64,000 nt of DNA, from contig CASDUK010000001.1 of the NCBI GenBank assembly GCA_949283975.1, positions 97,187 to 161,186 of the forward strand, in the 5' to 3' direction. This DNA comes from an uncultured Bacillota bacterium. GTDB lineage: Bacteria; Bacillota; Clostridia; Christensenellales; UBA1242. The translations under genes and the position numbers were made by a program. Shown one piece after another: positions 10,100-18,885 of the stretch. A model generated the notes under the pieces. The model had not been told where the DNA came from and searched no databases. It worked only from the letters and a program-made list of their open reading frames with translations. Positions within the stretch are counted from its first letter, which is position 1. Each line of letters begins with the position of its first letter.

Positions 10100-10184
10100 G
10101 CGGTCGTGGCGGAATTGGCAGACGCGCAAGACTAAGGATCTTGTGAGTAACATCGTCCGGGTTCAAGTCCCGGCGTCCGCACCA
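10100..10184 (+). tRNA. tRNA-Leu, anticodon AAG (type II, long variable arm, CCA encoded)
   Basis: Acceptor GCGGTCG/CGTCCGC with one U:U mismatch. D-arm GCGG-AATTGGCAGA-CGC. Anticodon stem CAAGA/TCTTG with loop CTAAGGA, giving A34-A35-G36 and G37. T-arm CCGGG-TTCAAGT-CCCGG, then ACCA. Confidence 0.85.
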
Positions 10185-10194
10185 AACAAAAACA

Positions 10195-10223
10195 ATCCGA
10201 ACCTTTTAGGTGCGGATTTTTTT
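10195..10223 (+). terminator. rho-independent terminator after tRNA-Leu
   Basis: Hairpin ATCCGAACC-tttta-GGTGCGGAT (one mismatch) followed by a T7 run. Confidence 0.7.
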
Positions 10224-10508
10224 ATTGCTTTTTATTTCTTATTTTTTCACTTTTTCTTTTTTTCTCAGGTTCTGATTGTTTTTGAAATAAAAAATAAAAG
10301 AGAAGAAAGAAAAGTTCAGGTTGATGATAACATGTGAGGCTAAACTAGCGCCATTAAATATTTGACCTTTATTTTTTAAGGTTCGTTTTATTTTTTAATA
10401 GAATTTCGCCTTGGGAAATTTTAGATGCCAACAATTATTGTTGGCAGAAAACAAAAACGCAGTTAGTGTAAAATTTTAATTTGTTTTTGCGGTTTAAAAC
10501 TAAATTAC

Positions 10509-10538
10509 TTGCAAATTTTAATAGCCAAGTGGTATAAT
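10509..10538 (+). promoter_or_regulatory. sigma-A-type promoter, probably for the HAD-nucleotidase gene
   Basis: TTGCAA (10509-10514), 18-nt spacer, TGg-TATAAT (10530-10538). Followed by an AT-rich leader of about 150 nt. Confidence 0.45.
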
Positions 10539-10694
10539 AAAAAAGTTAAAGATAAGAAGATTTTGAGAGGAATTTTTTTGTTTTCTTTATCAATTAAAAA
10601 AAGCAATTTTAAGGCATTGAAAAATTAAAAATAATATTTGGAAAAAATTAAAAATAATTAATAAAAAAAATTAAATAAATAATTCGGAGTAAAA

Positions 10695-11249
10695 ATGAAA
10701 ATTGGGTTAGATTTAGACGGCGTTGTTTTTGACACGGAATTAAGTTACAAAGTTTTGGGCGATATTTATAATTTAGAAGTAAATTCAAAAATTATAGACC
10801 CAAATGAAATTCGCATGCAAAAGAAATTTGGCTGGACGCAAGAGCAAACAAAAGAATTTATTGATAGATATGTTCTTGAGGTAATAGAAAAAGCCCCGCC
10901 AACCCCCGGCGCTTGCGAGGTTTTGAAAATTTTGGAAAAACAAGGGCATGAGTTTTATATCATTACTAGTAGATTTGGCAAGGAAGTTGAAATTTCAAAG
11001 AGAAAACTTAGCGAGCTTGGAATTAAAATTTCTGGCTCAGCGTATGAGCAAATTGATAAAACAAAGGCTTGCAAGGATTTTAAGATTGACTATATGATTG
11101 ATGACTATTATTTAAATGTTAAACAACTTTCGGAAAATAACATAAAATGTTTGTTTTTCAACAGCCAACACAAGAAGTTTAAATTAAATGAAAACATTTT
11201 TGAGGTTTTTGATTGGGGAGATGTTTTAAATTTCTTTGTAAATAAATAG
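10695..11249 (+). CDS. HAD-superfamily hydrolase, 5'(3')-deoxyribonucleotidase-like
   Basis: 184 aa with N-terminal motif I DLDGVV (MKIGLDLDGVVFD) and a small-cap architecture like NT5C/YorS-type nucleotidases. SD GGAG upstream. Confidence 0.6.
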   Translation: MKIGLDLDGVVFDTELSYKVLGDIYNLEVNSKIIDPNEIRMQKKFGWTQEQTKEFIDRYVLEVIEKAPPTPGACEVLKILEKQGHEFYIITSRFGKEVEISKRKLSELGIKISGSAYEQIDKTKACKDFKIDYMIDDYYLNVKQLSENNIKCLFFNSQHKKFKLNENIFEVFDWGDVLNFFVNK

Positions 11250-11264
11250 TATTTGATTTTTTTT

Positions 11265-11291
11265 AAAAGGACGAATAAGCGTCCTTTTTTT
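11265..11291 (+). terminator. rho-independent terminator
   Basis: AAAAGGACG-aataag-CGTCCTTTTTTT. Confidence 0.75.
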
Positions 11292-11331
11292 ACGCAACCT
11301 AAGTTTAAAGAATTAATTAAAGGAGATAATT

Positions 11332-11568
11332 ATGAGAGAAGAAATTGTTTGGGAACAATACACATCGTCTTTTGGAAAAACAACAGAAGATATTTTGAAC
11401 GAATATAGAAGCGATTTGCATAATATGACAATGAGAGAAAGTTTGGCCAGCGACATTATGCTTTGCCCAGCATATCTTAGGGCAGTTAGCGAGCTTGGCG
11501 AATTTGACCAAACCAACCTAGATTACTTTAATTACGAAAAGGAACTTTTGTTTGGAAAATTTGATTAA
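11332..11568 (+). CDS. candidate antitoxin partner of MazF (non-canonical; possibly a degenerate XRE-like HTH)
   Basis: 78 aa with SD AAAGGAG. Overlaps the mazF start by 17 nt. Acidic/aromatic C-terminus ([22 protein letters not shown]). No resemblance to the RHH-type MazE/EndoAI. Confidence 0.45.
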   Translation: MREEIVWEQYTSSFGKTTEDILNEYRSDLHNMTMRESLASDIMLCPAYLRAVSELGEFDQTNLDYFNYEKELLFGKFD

Positions 11569-11902
11569 AAGAGGAGAAATATATTACGCCGACCTCAGTC
11601 CCGTTGTTGGGAGCGAGCAAGGCGGAGTTCGCCCTGTTTTAGTCATTCAAAATGATGTTGGAAATAAGTTCAGCCCAACGGTTATTGTCGCCGCAATTAC
11701 AAGTCAGCTTTCAAAGGCCAAAATTCCAACCCATGTTGAACTTTCGGCAAAAGAATATAAACTTCCTAAAGATTCGGTTGTTCTTTTAGAGCAAATTAGA
11801 ACAATTGACAAAAGAAGACTCAAAGAAAAAATTTCCGCTCTAGATAACCAAAAGATGAGGGCAATTAACCTTGCAATTTTGGTTAGCCTTGGGTTTAATT
11901 AA
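11552..11902 (+). CDS. mazF: mRNA interferase toxin MazF/EndoA (PemK family)
   Basis: Near-colinear with B. subtilis EndoA: [47 protein letters not shown]...PTHVEL...[13 protein letters not shown]. Start is TTG at 11552, or TTG at 11561. Confidence 0.92.
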   Translation: MENLIKRGEIYYADLSPVVGSEQGGVRPVLVIQNDVGNKFSPTVIVAAITSQLSKAKIPTHVELSAKEYKLPKDSVVLLEQIRTIDKRRLKEKISALDNQKMRAINLAILVSLGFN

Positions 11903-12948
11903 GTTTCATTATTTTCAATTTGTTGCTTAATTTCATTGTTATTTTTTTCTTGATTTTCTTCATTTTTATTTTCTTCGCCAGTTTGAATTTCTTCTTTTGC
12001 TTTATTATTTAATTTATTTTCTTCTTTGTTTTTATTTTTTATTGAATTTATTTTTTCTTTAATTTTATCTAAAGAAATTTTTAATTTATTTTTAAATCCG
12101 TTTTTATTTTCTTTTTTATTTTCTTTTAAATTATTTTTCAAATTTTCTTGGGAATTTCCATTTATTTCTACATGCGCTTGGTTTTTTTTGTCTCGAATAA
12201 AAATGTATATAAAAATTCCAAGGCCAATTGCGGCGGCAATTATTGCCGTTAATTGCGAAAAGGGAAGAGAACCAATTAACATTTGATCTGTTCTAAATGT
12301 TTCAATAACAGCCCTAACAACGCCATACCACATTAAATAGCACGACATAACCAGCCCGCGCTTTTTAGTTTTGTAAAGCAGTGTTACTAGAACAATAAAA
12401 CCAATTGTGTTTAAAACCGCCTCATAGAGGAAGGTTGCAAGATAGTAATGGCCGTTTATTTCAACGGTGAACGGAAGGCCAAAGAATTTTGGGTCGAAAA
12501 CCTCCCAGCCGTGAGCCTCTTGATTGATAAAGTTTCCCCATCTTCCCGTGCTTTGGGCAAGAATTAGGGCGGGGGCAATTATGTCACAAATTGAAAGCAT
12601 ATCTTTTTTGTGAATTAAACAATATAAACAAACTCCAATAAAGCCGCCAATAACGCCGCCCCAAATTGACATTCCGCCTTCCCAAATTTTTAGCGCGTCA
12701 ACAAAAGAATAGTTTGCGCCCATTGGGTTAAATGCAACATAAAAAGCCCGCGCGCCAATTATTGCAAACGGAAGGACATATAGCGCGCAACATAAAATTT
12801 CTGTGTTTTTAACATTTCTTTGTTTTGAAAATAAAAAATAACACAAAACAACAGCAAGCGCCATCGAACAGGCCATAATTAGGCCATACCAAGCAATGTG
12901 TAAATTCCCAATATAAAAACCGGGATTTTCGCCAAGAAAAAATTTCAT
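11899..12948 (-). CDS. lgt: prolipoprotein diacylglyceryl transferase with an ~85-aa K/N/E-rich C-terminal tail
   Basis: Lgt motifs [23 protein letters not shown] and [13 protein letters not shown]. 349 aa, compared with about 270 for typical Lgt. Confidence 0.9.
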   Translation of the reverse strand: MKFFLGENPGFYIGNLHIAWYGLIMACSMALAVVLCYFLFSKQRNVKNTEILCCALYVLPFAIIGARAFYVAFNPMGANYSFVDALKIWEGGMSIWGGVIGGFIGVCLYCLIHKKDMLSICDIIAPALILAQSTGRWGNFINQEAHGWEVFDPKFFGLPFTVEINGHYYLATFLYEAVLNTIGFIVLVTLLYKTKKRGLVMSCYLMWYGVVRAVIETFRTDQMLIGSLPFSQLTAIIAAAIGLGIFIYIFIRDKKNQAHVEINGNSQENLKNNLKENKKENKNGFKNKLKISLDKIKEKINSIKNKNKEENKLNNKAKEEIQTGEENKNEENQEKNNNEIKQQIENNET

Positions 12949-12980
12949 AGTGATATTTTACTCTTTTTTAAAATTTTTCA

Positions 12981-13014
12981 AAACAAAAAAAGCCAACAAC
13001 TTTTTTGTGTTGGC
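12981..13014 (-). terminator. rho-independent terminator of the 633-aa gene
   Basis: On the minus strand: GCCAACA-caaaaaagt-TGTTGGC followed by TTTTTTTGTTTT. Confidence 0.65.
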
Positions 13015-13022
13015 TTTTGTTT

Positions 13023-14924
13023 TTAAAAGTCTTGTTCGTTTTGGTTATGGAAAAAACGCACTAATTGGTTGTTAATTTCTTCTTGGGTTAATGGTTTTTG
13101 TTCTTCTGTTTGCGTTTGTTCTTGCGGCTGCGTTTGTTCTTGTTGTTGCGTTGGCTTAGGTTGTTCTGCTGCTTGAGTTGGAGCAGTTGTTTGAGTTCGT
13201 TCCGCCGCTTGAGTTTGAGCAACTTGAGCTCGCCTTGCTGTTGAAGGTTTTTCAACAGCAAAGATTTTTTCTTCTGCAACTTTGTTAATCAATGCTCTTG
13301 AAGTGTTATAGGTTGTTTTCATTGCATATTGAAGATCTTTCCAATCCTGCCCAGCATACTGGGTTGTTTCTGTTTTCGACCTTCTTGGCGTTTGAACAGT
13401 TTCTGTTATTGTAATTGCCTCAACGTCTGTGCTAATTCCAAACAAGAGAGCGGACTTAATTGCATCTGCTGCAGCTGCGTTATCAAATGAATATTTAAGG
13501 TATTTTGTTTCGCCATTTAATTCATATGAAATTTCCCCGCTGTAAGTTGCTTTTTCCATTGTTGGATATAATTTGTAAATTTCATTGAAATATTTTTGCG
13601 TGTCCTCGTCAAGGTTGTTGGTAATGCCAGTAGAAATGTATCTTTGAGGGAAGAGCGGGTAAGTGTTCTTCCCAAGTTTCATAACATTTGAGCCATAGTA
13701 AAGACTTCCATCTGCAAGAGTAACATTTTCTGCAATTTTTGTTGCCTTATCCATAAGCTTTGTTTTCTTGCTTGAACTTGTTTCGTCCATGGCTTTTGCA
13801 TACAAATTAACAGCCTTCATAAGCTTTTTATAGTTTTTTGCGCTAAGTTCTTCTTCGTTTGTGTATTCTCTGTTGCCAAGGCTCGCACTTCTTAACGCTT
13901 TTTTAGAATATTTTTTAAGGTAACTATAGTTTGCTTTCCTTTTCTTTGAAGCATTATAGCAAGATTTTGCATAAGAATCTCTTTTGTTTACTGCTTTTTC
14001 AAGTTTAGATGCCAGTCTTTTGCTTTCCGGGTTCTTGCTTAATTTTTCCTGGGCTTTTTTAACTTTTTTGCTTAACTTAGACAGCTTTTTGGCGTCTTTT
14101 AAAGAGCTTTGGCCAAGCAAAAACCTTGTTCCGTTGTTTCTAAGCGAAAGCCCTCTGTTTGCTGCTTTAATTGCAGAAGGAACTGCAACGGCGGCAATAA
14201 CCGCTAAGCCAAGAGATGCAACAATTGTCCAAAATTCAATTCTTTGCTCGTCATATGCCTCAACAGGCGAACTGCCATCTGAACCAACGAAATCTCCTTC
14301 GGCTGGGTCTTGCACTGGGGTGTTTTGATCTTGTGAATTTTGCTCAAAGTTGTTTGCCGCGTCATAATTTCTTAAAAAGTTATTTGCGTCACCTTTAAAT
14401 TCGTCATTATCAGAATTGTTAACTGCTTCTCTAAGGTCGTCTACAAAACTCTCAAGAGAATCTGAGGTAATGTCATCTGAGCCTAAGATATCACCATAGT
14501 TGTCTACCAAAGCATTTGCGCGAAGAAGAAGCTCCTCAGCCCTTTCCGCGTCCGTCATGCCAGCCCAATCTTGTTCATCACTCTCGCCAGCCGTGTCGTG
14601 AGCGCTGTCTTCCATTTGGTCAAACAAATCGTCTAAACCAGATGTTGGTTTTGGCTCGTCTCCGTCTCCGCCGCCCGTTAAGCCTTCTTCTTCAGCTTGT
14701 TCTTCGGACGAAGAAACAGCAAGGCCAAGGTCATCTAAATAATCTCTTTCCTCTTCATCATCGATGAAATAATAAGAAGCTGTTGCATTTGCTGCTGCAA
14801 CCGCTTGTTGCGCTTTTTCTGCCATATTTTCTTGTTCGCTTGCGGAAAATCCATTCACGCCGGATTGCATTGAAAGTGCAAGACGAAATGTCTGCATCAC
14901 AGCTAAAAATACATTATTTGCCAT
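13023..14924 (-). CDS. hypothetical single-pass membrane protein (acidic N-terminal half, very basic juxtamembrane region, Q/T/E/P-rich C-terminus)
   Basis: 633-aa ORF with SD AGGAG and its own promoter and terminator. One hydrophobic helix (FWTIVASLGLAVIAAVAVPSAI). No motif I recognise. Confidence 0.6.
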   Translation of the reverse strand: MANNVFLAVMQTFRLALSMQSGVNGFSASEQENMAEKAQQAVAAANATASYYFIDDEEERDYLDDLGLAVSSSEEQAEEEGLTGGGDGDEPKPTSGLDDLFDQMEDSAHDTAGESDEQDWAGMTDAERAEELLLRANALVDNYGDILGSDDITSDSLESFVDDLREAVNNSDNDEFKGDANNFLRNYDAANNFEQNSQDQNTPVQDPAEGDFVGSDGSSPVEAYDEQRIEFWTIVASLGLAVIAAVAVPSAIKAANRGLSLRNNGTRFLLGQSSLKDAKKLSKLSKKVKKAQEKLSKNPESKRLASKLEKAVNKRDSYAKSCYNASKKRKANYSYLKKYSKKALRSASLGNREYTNEEELSAKNYKKLMKAVNLYAKAMDETSSSKKTKLMDKATKIAENVTLADGSLYYGSNVMKLGKNTYPLFPQRYISTGITNNLDEDTQKYFNEIYKLYPTMEKATYSGEISYELNGETKYLKYSFDNAAAADAIKSALLFGISTDVEAITITETVQTPRRSKTETTQYAGQDWKDLQYAMKTTYNTSRALINKVAEEKIFAVEKPSTARRAQVAQTQAAERTQTTAPTQAAEQPKPTQQQEQTQPQEQTQTEEQKPLTQEEINNQLVRFFHNQNEQDF

Positions 14925-14968
14925 ATCAATACTCCTAATTTTTTTCTTTCTTTTACTAGGTTCGCCTT

Positions 14969-14997
14969 ATTATAACTTTATTTTAGGCCTTTGTCAA
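14969..14997 (-). promoter_or_regulatory. sigma-A-type promoter of the 633-aa gene
   Basis: Minus strand: TTGACA (14997-14992), 17-nt spacer, TATAAT (14974-14969). Confidence 0.6.
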
Positions 14998-15115
14998 TAG
15001 CAAAACCAAAAAAAATTGTTATTAAACTAAGTTAGTAAGAGAGAGGAGATATATCTATTATATATTTATTCCTCGCGAAGAAGTTTAAATTCAATAAAAA
15101 TTTTTTAAAAAACAG

Positions 15116-15144
15116 TTGACTTTATTTTTTGTTTGGTGTATTAT
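15116..15144 (+). promoter_or_regulatory. sigma-A-type promoter of the S10 operon
   Basis: TTGACT (15116-15121), 17-nt spacer, TATTAT (15139-15144). Confidence 0.6.
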
Positions 15145-15150
15145 ACCCAT

Positions 15151-15428
15151 GCTACGGCAGTTTGGATTGACATATGAGGTTACTTCCATTGGCTATGCGA
15201 GCGTCAAGGAAGAGAATTCATATCGACAAGTTTTGGCAAGACCAAAGCGCCCCCGGAAAAAGCAATTTTTTTTAACTGCCGGCGCGACACACACGGAATC
15301 GTTGTTAAATAAAACCCAATCCAAAAGGGGCTAAGTCAGCAAAATGGCTGAAACTGGCCTGGGAATTGGCAATTATTTTTTTAAGTCGCGAAGTTAGGGG
15401 AGAAACAGTTTAGACAGGAGGAAATAAA
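15151..15428 (+). promoter_or_regulatory. long (~280 nt) structured 5' leader of the S10 ribosomal-protein operon
   Basis: No credible ORF. CGGCAGTT (15155-15162) is perfectly complementary to AACTGCCG (15274-15281). The overlapping TTTGGATTG (15161-15169) is perfectly complementary to CAATCCAAA (15317-15325). Small hairpins and a T7 run lie near 15395-15401. Confidence 0.45.
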
Positions 15429-15737
15429 ATGGCATCGCAAAAAATAAGAATTAAACTTAAGGCCTATGACCATGTTTTGCTAGATTTAGCTTGCGCAAAA
15501 ATCATTGAAACAGCAAACAAAAATGGTTCAAAAGTCGCTGGGCCAATTCCACTTCCAACAGATAAGGAAGTTGTTACAATCATTCGTTCGCCACACAAAC
15601 ACAAAGACAGCCGCGAACAATTCGAATGCAGAACCCACAAGAGAATGATTGACATTTACAGCCCAACCCAAAAAGCAGTTGATTCACTTATGAAAATTGA
15701 CTTGCCTGCTGGTGTTGACGTTAAAATTAAACTATAA
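15429..15737 (+). CDS. rpsJ: 30S ribosomal protein S10
   Basis: 102 aa, [12 protein letters not shown].., first gene of the S10 operon, SD AGGAGG. Confidence 0.97.
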   Translation: MASQKIRIKLKAYDHVLLDLACAKIIETANKNGSKVAGPIPLPTDKEVVTIIRSPHKHKDSREQFECRTHKRMIDIYSPTQKAVDSLMKIDLPAGVDVKIKL

Positions 15738-15751
15738 GGAGAGAAGATAAC

Positions 15752-16384
15752 ATGAAAAAAGCAATATTAGGCAAAAAACTTGGCATGACCCAAATCTTCA
15801 CGCCTGACGGTTTAGTTGTTCCAGTTACGGTTGTTGAGGCAGGTCCATGCGCAGTTGTTAGAAAAAAGACAATTGATAAGGACGGATATGAGGCTTTGGT
15901 TGTTGCTTTCAATCAAACGAAAGAAAACAGATTGAACAAGCCACAACTTGGAGTTTTGAAAAAGGCAAACATTGGTCCACACAAAATTTTAAGAGAATTT
16001 AAATTTGAAGACGCAAGCGGGTTTGAAATTGGTTCAGAAATTAAGGCAGACATCTTCACAGAGGGAGATATTGTTGACGTTTCTGGAACAACAAGAGGCC
16101 GAGGCTTTACAGGAACCATTCAAAGATGGAATGCCCACAGGCTTAAGATGACCCACGGCGTTGGCCCTGTTCACAGGGAAGTTGGTTCAATGGGCGCAAA
16201 CAGCACGCCATCTAGAGTTTTCAAAAACAAAAAAATGCCAGGGCAATATGGCGCGGAAAAAGTTACAATCCAAAATCTTGAAATTGTTAAAGTTGATTCA
16301 GAAAGAAACATTCTTTTGGTTAAAGGTTGCCTTCCAGGGCCAAAGGGATCAATTGTTACAATTAAAGACGCGGTTAAAAGGTAG
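15752..16384 (+). CDS. rplC: 50S ribosomal protein L3
   Basis: 210 aa, [10 protein letters not shown]...[12 protein letters not shown]; operon position. Confidence 0.97.
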   Translation: MKKAILGKKLGMTQIFTPDGLVVPVTVVEAGPCAVVRKKTIDKDGYEALVVAFNQTKENRLNKPQLGVLKKANIGPHKILREFKFEDASGFEIGSEIKADIFTEGDIVDVSGTTRGRGFTGTIQRWNAHRLKMTHGVGPVHREVGSMGANSTPSRVFKNKKMPGQYGAEKVTIQNLEIVKVDSERNILLVKGCLPGPKGSIVTIKDAVKR

Positions 16385-16392
16385 GAGGAAAT

Positions 16393-17019
16393 ATGGCAGT
16401 TTCAGCAAAATTAGTTAACATGAACGGCGAAGAAGTTGGCAAAATTAAACTTTCCGACAACCTTTTCGCAATTGATTATAACGAGCCGCTAATTCATGAA
16501 GTTGTTGTTGCTTATAATGCAAACCAAAGACAAGGAACAAAATCAACCCTTACAAGAAGTGAAGTTAGAGGCCACGCAAAGAAGCCTTATAGGCAAAAAC
16601 ACACGGGAAGAGCAAGACACGGCTCAACAAAATCTCCTGAATATAAAGGCGGCGGAGTTGTTTTTGCGCCAAAACCAAGAGATTTTTCAAAAAAATTAAA
16701 CAAACAAGTTAAGAAAATTGCTTTTGCCTCTGCGCTCAGCGAAAAACTTAGACAGAAAGAAGTTGTATTCTTAGATGAGTTTAAACTTTCAGAGCCAAAG
16801 ACAAAAGAAGTTGTAAAATTTTTGGAGGCGCTTAAATTAGATAAATCTGTTGTTATTGTAACAGATGTTAAAAACGAGGATGCTCTTAGAGCTTCTGGAA
16901 ACCTTCAAAATGTTAAAATTCAAATTGCAGACCTTTTGTCAACATACGATGTTGTTGCAAACAACAAAATTGTTTTAACAAAAGATGCTGTCAAATCTTT
17001 AGAGGAGGCATATAACTAA
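16393..17019 (+). CDS. rplD: 50S ribosomal protein L4
   Basis: 208 aa, ...RQGTKSTLTRSEVRGHAKKPYRQKHTGRARHGS...; operon position. Confidence 0.97.
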   Translation: MAVSAKLVNMNGEEVGKIKLSDNLFAIDYNEPLIHEVVVAYNANQRQGTKSTLTRSEVRGHAKKPYRQKHTGRARHGSTKSPEYKGGGVVFAPKPRDFSKKLNKQVKKIAFASALSEKLRQKEVVFLDEFKLSEPKTKEVVKFLEALKLDKSVVIVTDVKNEDALRASGNLQNVKIQIADLLSTYDVVANNKIVLTKDAVKSLEEAYN

Positions 17020-17321
17020 TGAACGCTTACGATATCATTAAAAAACCTCTTTTATCAGAAAAGAGTTATGCAAAGATTAGCGATAAAATCTATACATTCG
17101 TTGTTGACAAAAACGCAACAAAAGTTGACATTAGAAACGCTGTTGAAGAAATTTTTAATGTTCAAGTTGAAAAAGTTAACACAATAATGGTTAAAGGGCA
17201 TGAAAAAACCCAAAACACAAGAAAGGGAAGAACAGTTGGAAGAACAAGCGATTATAAAAAGGCAATTGTAACATTAAAGAAAGATTCCAAACCAATTGCA
17301 TTCTTCGAAAGTTTATCTTAA
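17019..17321 (+). CDS. rplW: 50S ribosomal protein L23
   Basis: 100 aa, YDIIKKPLLSEKS...; operon position. Confidence 0.95.
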   Translation: MNAYDIIKKPLLSEKSYAKISDKIYTFVVDKNATKVDIRNAVEEIFNVQVEKVNTIMVKGHEKTQNTRKGRTVGRTSDYKKAIVTLKKDSKPIAFFESLS

Positions 17322-17342
17322 GGTTAAAAGGAGATTAAAATT

Positions 17343-18170
17343 ATGGCTATTAGAAAAAGTAATCCAACAAGCGCTGGCCGAAGGTTTTACTCTTCTGCAA
17401 CCTTTGAGGAGATAACAAAAACCCAGCCAGAAAAGAGCCTGCTTTCCCCAATTAAAAAAACCGCGGGAAGAAACGCTCAAGGCAAAATAACTGTTCGTCA
17501 CATTGGCGGCGGAAATAGAAGAAAATATAGAATTATTGATTTCAAAAGGAACAAAGACGGAGTTTCTGCAAAAGTTGCATCAATAGAATATGACCCAAAC
17601 AGAACTGCTTACATTGCGCTTTTAAATTATGCAGACGGAGAGAAGAGATATATTCTTGCTCCAATTGGCTTAAATGTTGGCGATGTTGTTATGAGCGGGG
17701 AGAGCGCAGAAATTAAGGTTGGAAATGCGCTTCCACTTGAAAAAATTCCTGTTGGTTCAATTGTCCACAACATTGAACTTCAACCAGGAAAGGGCGGACA
17801 ACTTGCAAGAAGCGCGGGCGCGGAAGTTCAGCTTATGGCAAAAGAAGGGAAATATGCAACCCTTAGAATGCCAAGCGGCGAAATGAGAAAAGTTTTAACA
17901 AAGTGCCGTGCAACAATTGGCCAAGTTGGGAATTTGGATCATGAACTTGTTTCGCTTGGAAAAGCGGGAAGAAAAAGACACATGGGAATTAGGCCAACCG
18001 TTCGTGGTGTTGTTATGAACCCTAATGACCACCCACACGGCGGAGGTGAAGGAAAGAGCCCAGTTGGAATGGCTTCGCCTGTTACTCCATGGGGCAAACC
18101 AGCTCTTGGACTTAGAACAAGAAAGAAAAACAAAGCTTCTAACAAGTTGATTGTTAAGAGGAAGAAGTAG
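17343..18170 (+). CDS. rplB: 50S ribosomal protein L2
   Basis: 275 aa, ...[29 protein letters not shown].... Confidence 0.98.
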   Translation: MAIRKSNPTSAGRRFYSSATFEEITKTQPEKSLLSPIKKTAGRNAQGKITVRHIGGGNRRKYRIIDFKRNKDGVSAKVASIEYDPNRTAYIALLNYADGEKRYILAPIGLNVGDVVMSGESAEIKVGNALPLEKIPVGSIVHNIELQPGKGGQLARSAGAEVQLMAKEGKYATLRMPSGEMRKVLTKCRATIGQVGNLDHELVSLGKAGRKRHMGIRPTVRGVVMNPNDHPHGGGEGKSPVGMASPVTPWGKPALGLRTRKKNKASNKLIVKRKK

Positions 18171-18181
18171 GAGAGAGGAAT

Positions 18182-18478
18182 ATGAGTAGATCGTTAAAGA
18201 AACAACCTTATGTATTCGACAGGCTCTTGAAGAGAGTTGAAGAGAACAATGCATCAGGAAACAAAAAACCAATCAAAACATGGTCCCGTTCATCGGTCAT
18301 CTATCCAGAATTTGTTGGAACAACATTTGCTGTTTACAATGGAAAGAAACATGTTCCTGTTTACTGCACAGCAGAAATGGTTGGCCATAAGCTTGGAGAA
18401 TTTGCTCCAACAAGAACATTCAAGGGCCATGCAGGCCAGAAAAAGTCGGGCGGTAAAGTTGCCGCAATGAAGAAATAG
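18182..18478 (+). CDS. rpsS: 30S ribosomal protein S19
   Basis: 98 aa, [11 protein letters not shown]...[14 protein letters not shown]...[16 protein letters not shown]. Confidence 0.97.
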   Translation: MSRSLKKQPYVFDRLLKRVEENNASGNKKPIKTWSRSSVIYPEFVGTTFAVYNGKKHVPVYCTAEMVGHKLGEFAPTRTFKGHAGQKKSGGKVAAMKK

Positions 18479-18488
18479 GAGGAGAAAG

Positions 18489-18875
18489 ATGGCAACAAGA
18501 ATTAGAGAAAAAGCCGAGGCTAGAAAAGCAAACAAAGATAATCGTCCATATGCCAAAGTTAAATATGTCCGAATGAGCCCATCTAAGGTTAGAATTGTTT
18601 TGGACATGGTTAGAGGCAAAAAGGCGGAAGAAGCTCTTGCGATTTTGGAAAATTCTCCTCAATTTGCAGCAAAAGAATGTTTCAATCTTTTAAAATCTGC
18701 AATTGCAAATGCAGAAAACAACAAGGGGCTTAACAGGGCAGACTTGTTTGTTGCAGAAGCATATGCTTGCCCAGGGCCAACAATGAAAAGGCTTAACATT
18801 AGGGCAAGAGGAAGAGCAGACAGAATGTTAAAAAGAACAAGCCACATAACAATTGTGCTTGACGTGAAAGAGTAG
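18489..18875 (+). CDS. rplV: 50S ribosomal protein L22
   Basis: 128 aa, ...VRMSPSKVRIVLDMVRGKK...; operon position. Confidence 0.96.
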   Translation: MATRIREKAEARKANKDNRPYAKVKYVRMSPSKVRIVLDMVRGKKAEEALAILENSPQFAAKECFNLLKSAIANAENNKGLNRADLFVAEAYACPGPTMKRLNIRARGRADRMLKRTSHITIVLDVKE

Positions 18876-18885
18876 GAGGCGCAAG

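Noticed and set aside
10056-10337. 93-aa ORF in the ORF track.
   Set aside because: It runs straight through the promoter, the tRNA-Leu gene and its terminator. No RBS, so spurious.
10429-10449. 10-bp perfect inverted repeat TGCCAACAAT-T-ATTGTTGGCA in the spacer after tRNA-Leu, as a terminator or operator.
   Set aside because: There is no flanking T-run on either strand and no adjacent promoter or gene. It may be an operator or recombination site, but nothing else supports a call.
15116-15334. 72-aa ORF in the S10 leader.
   Set aside because: It starts at the TTG of the -35 box, has no RBS and lies inside the structured leader. Treated as non-coding.
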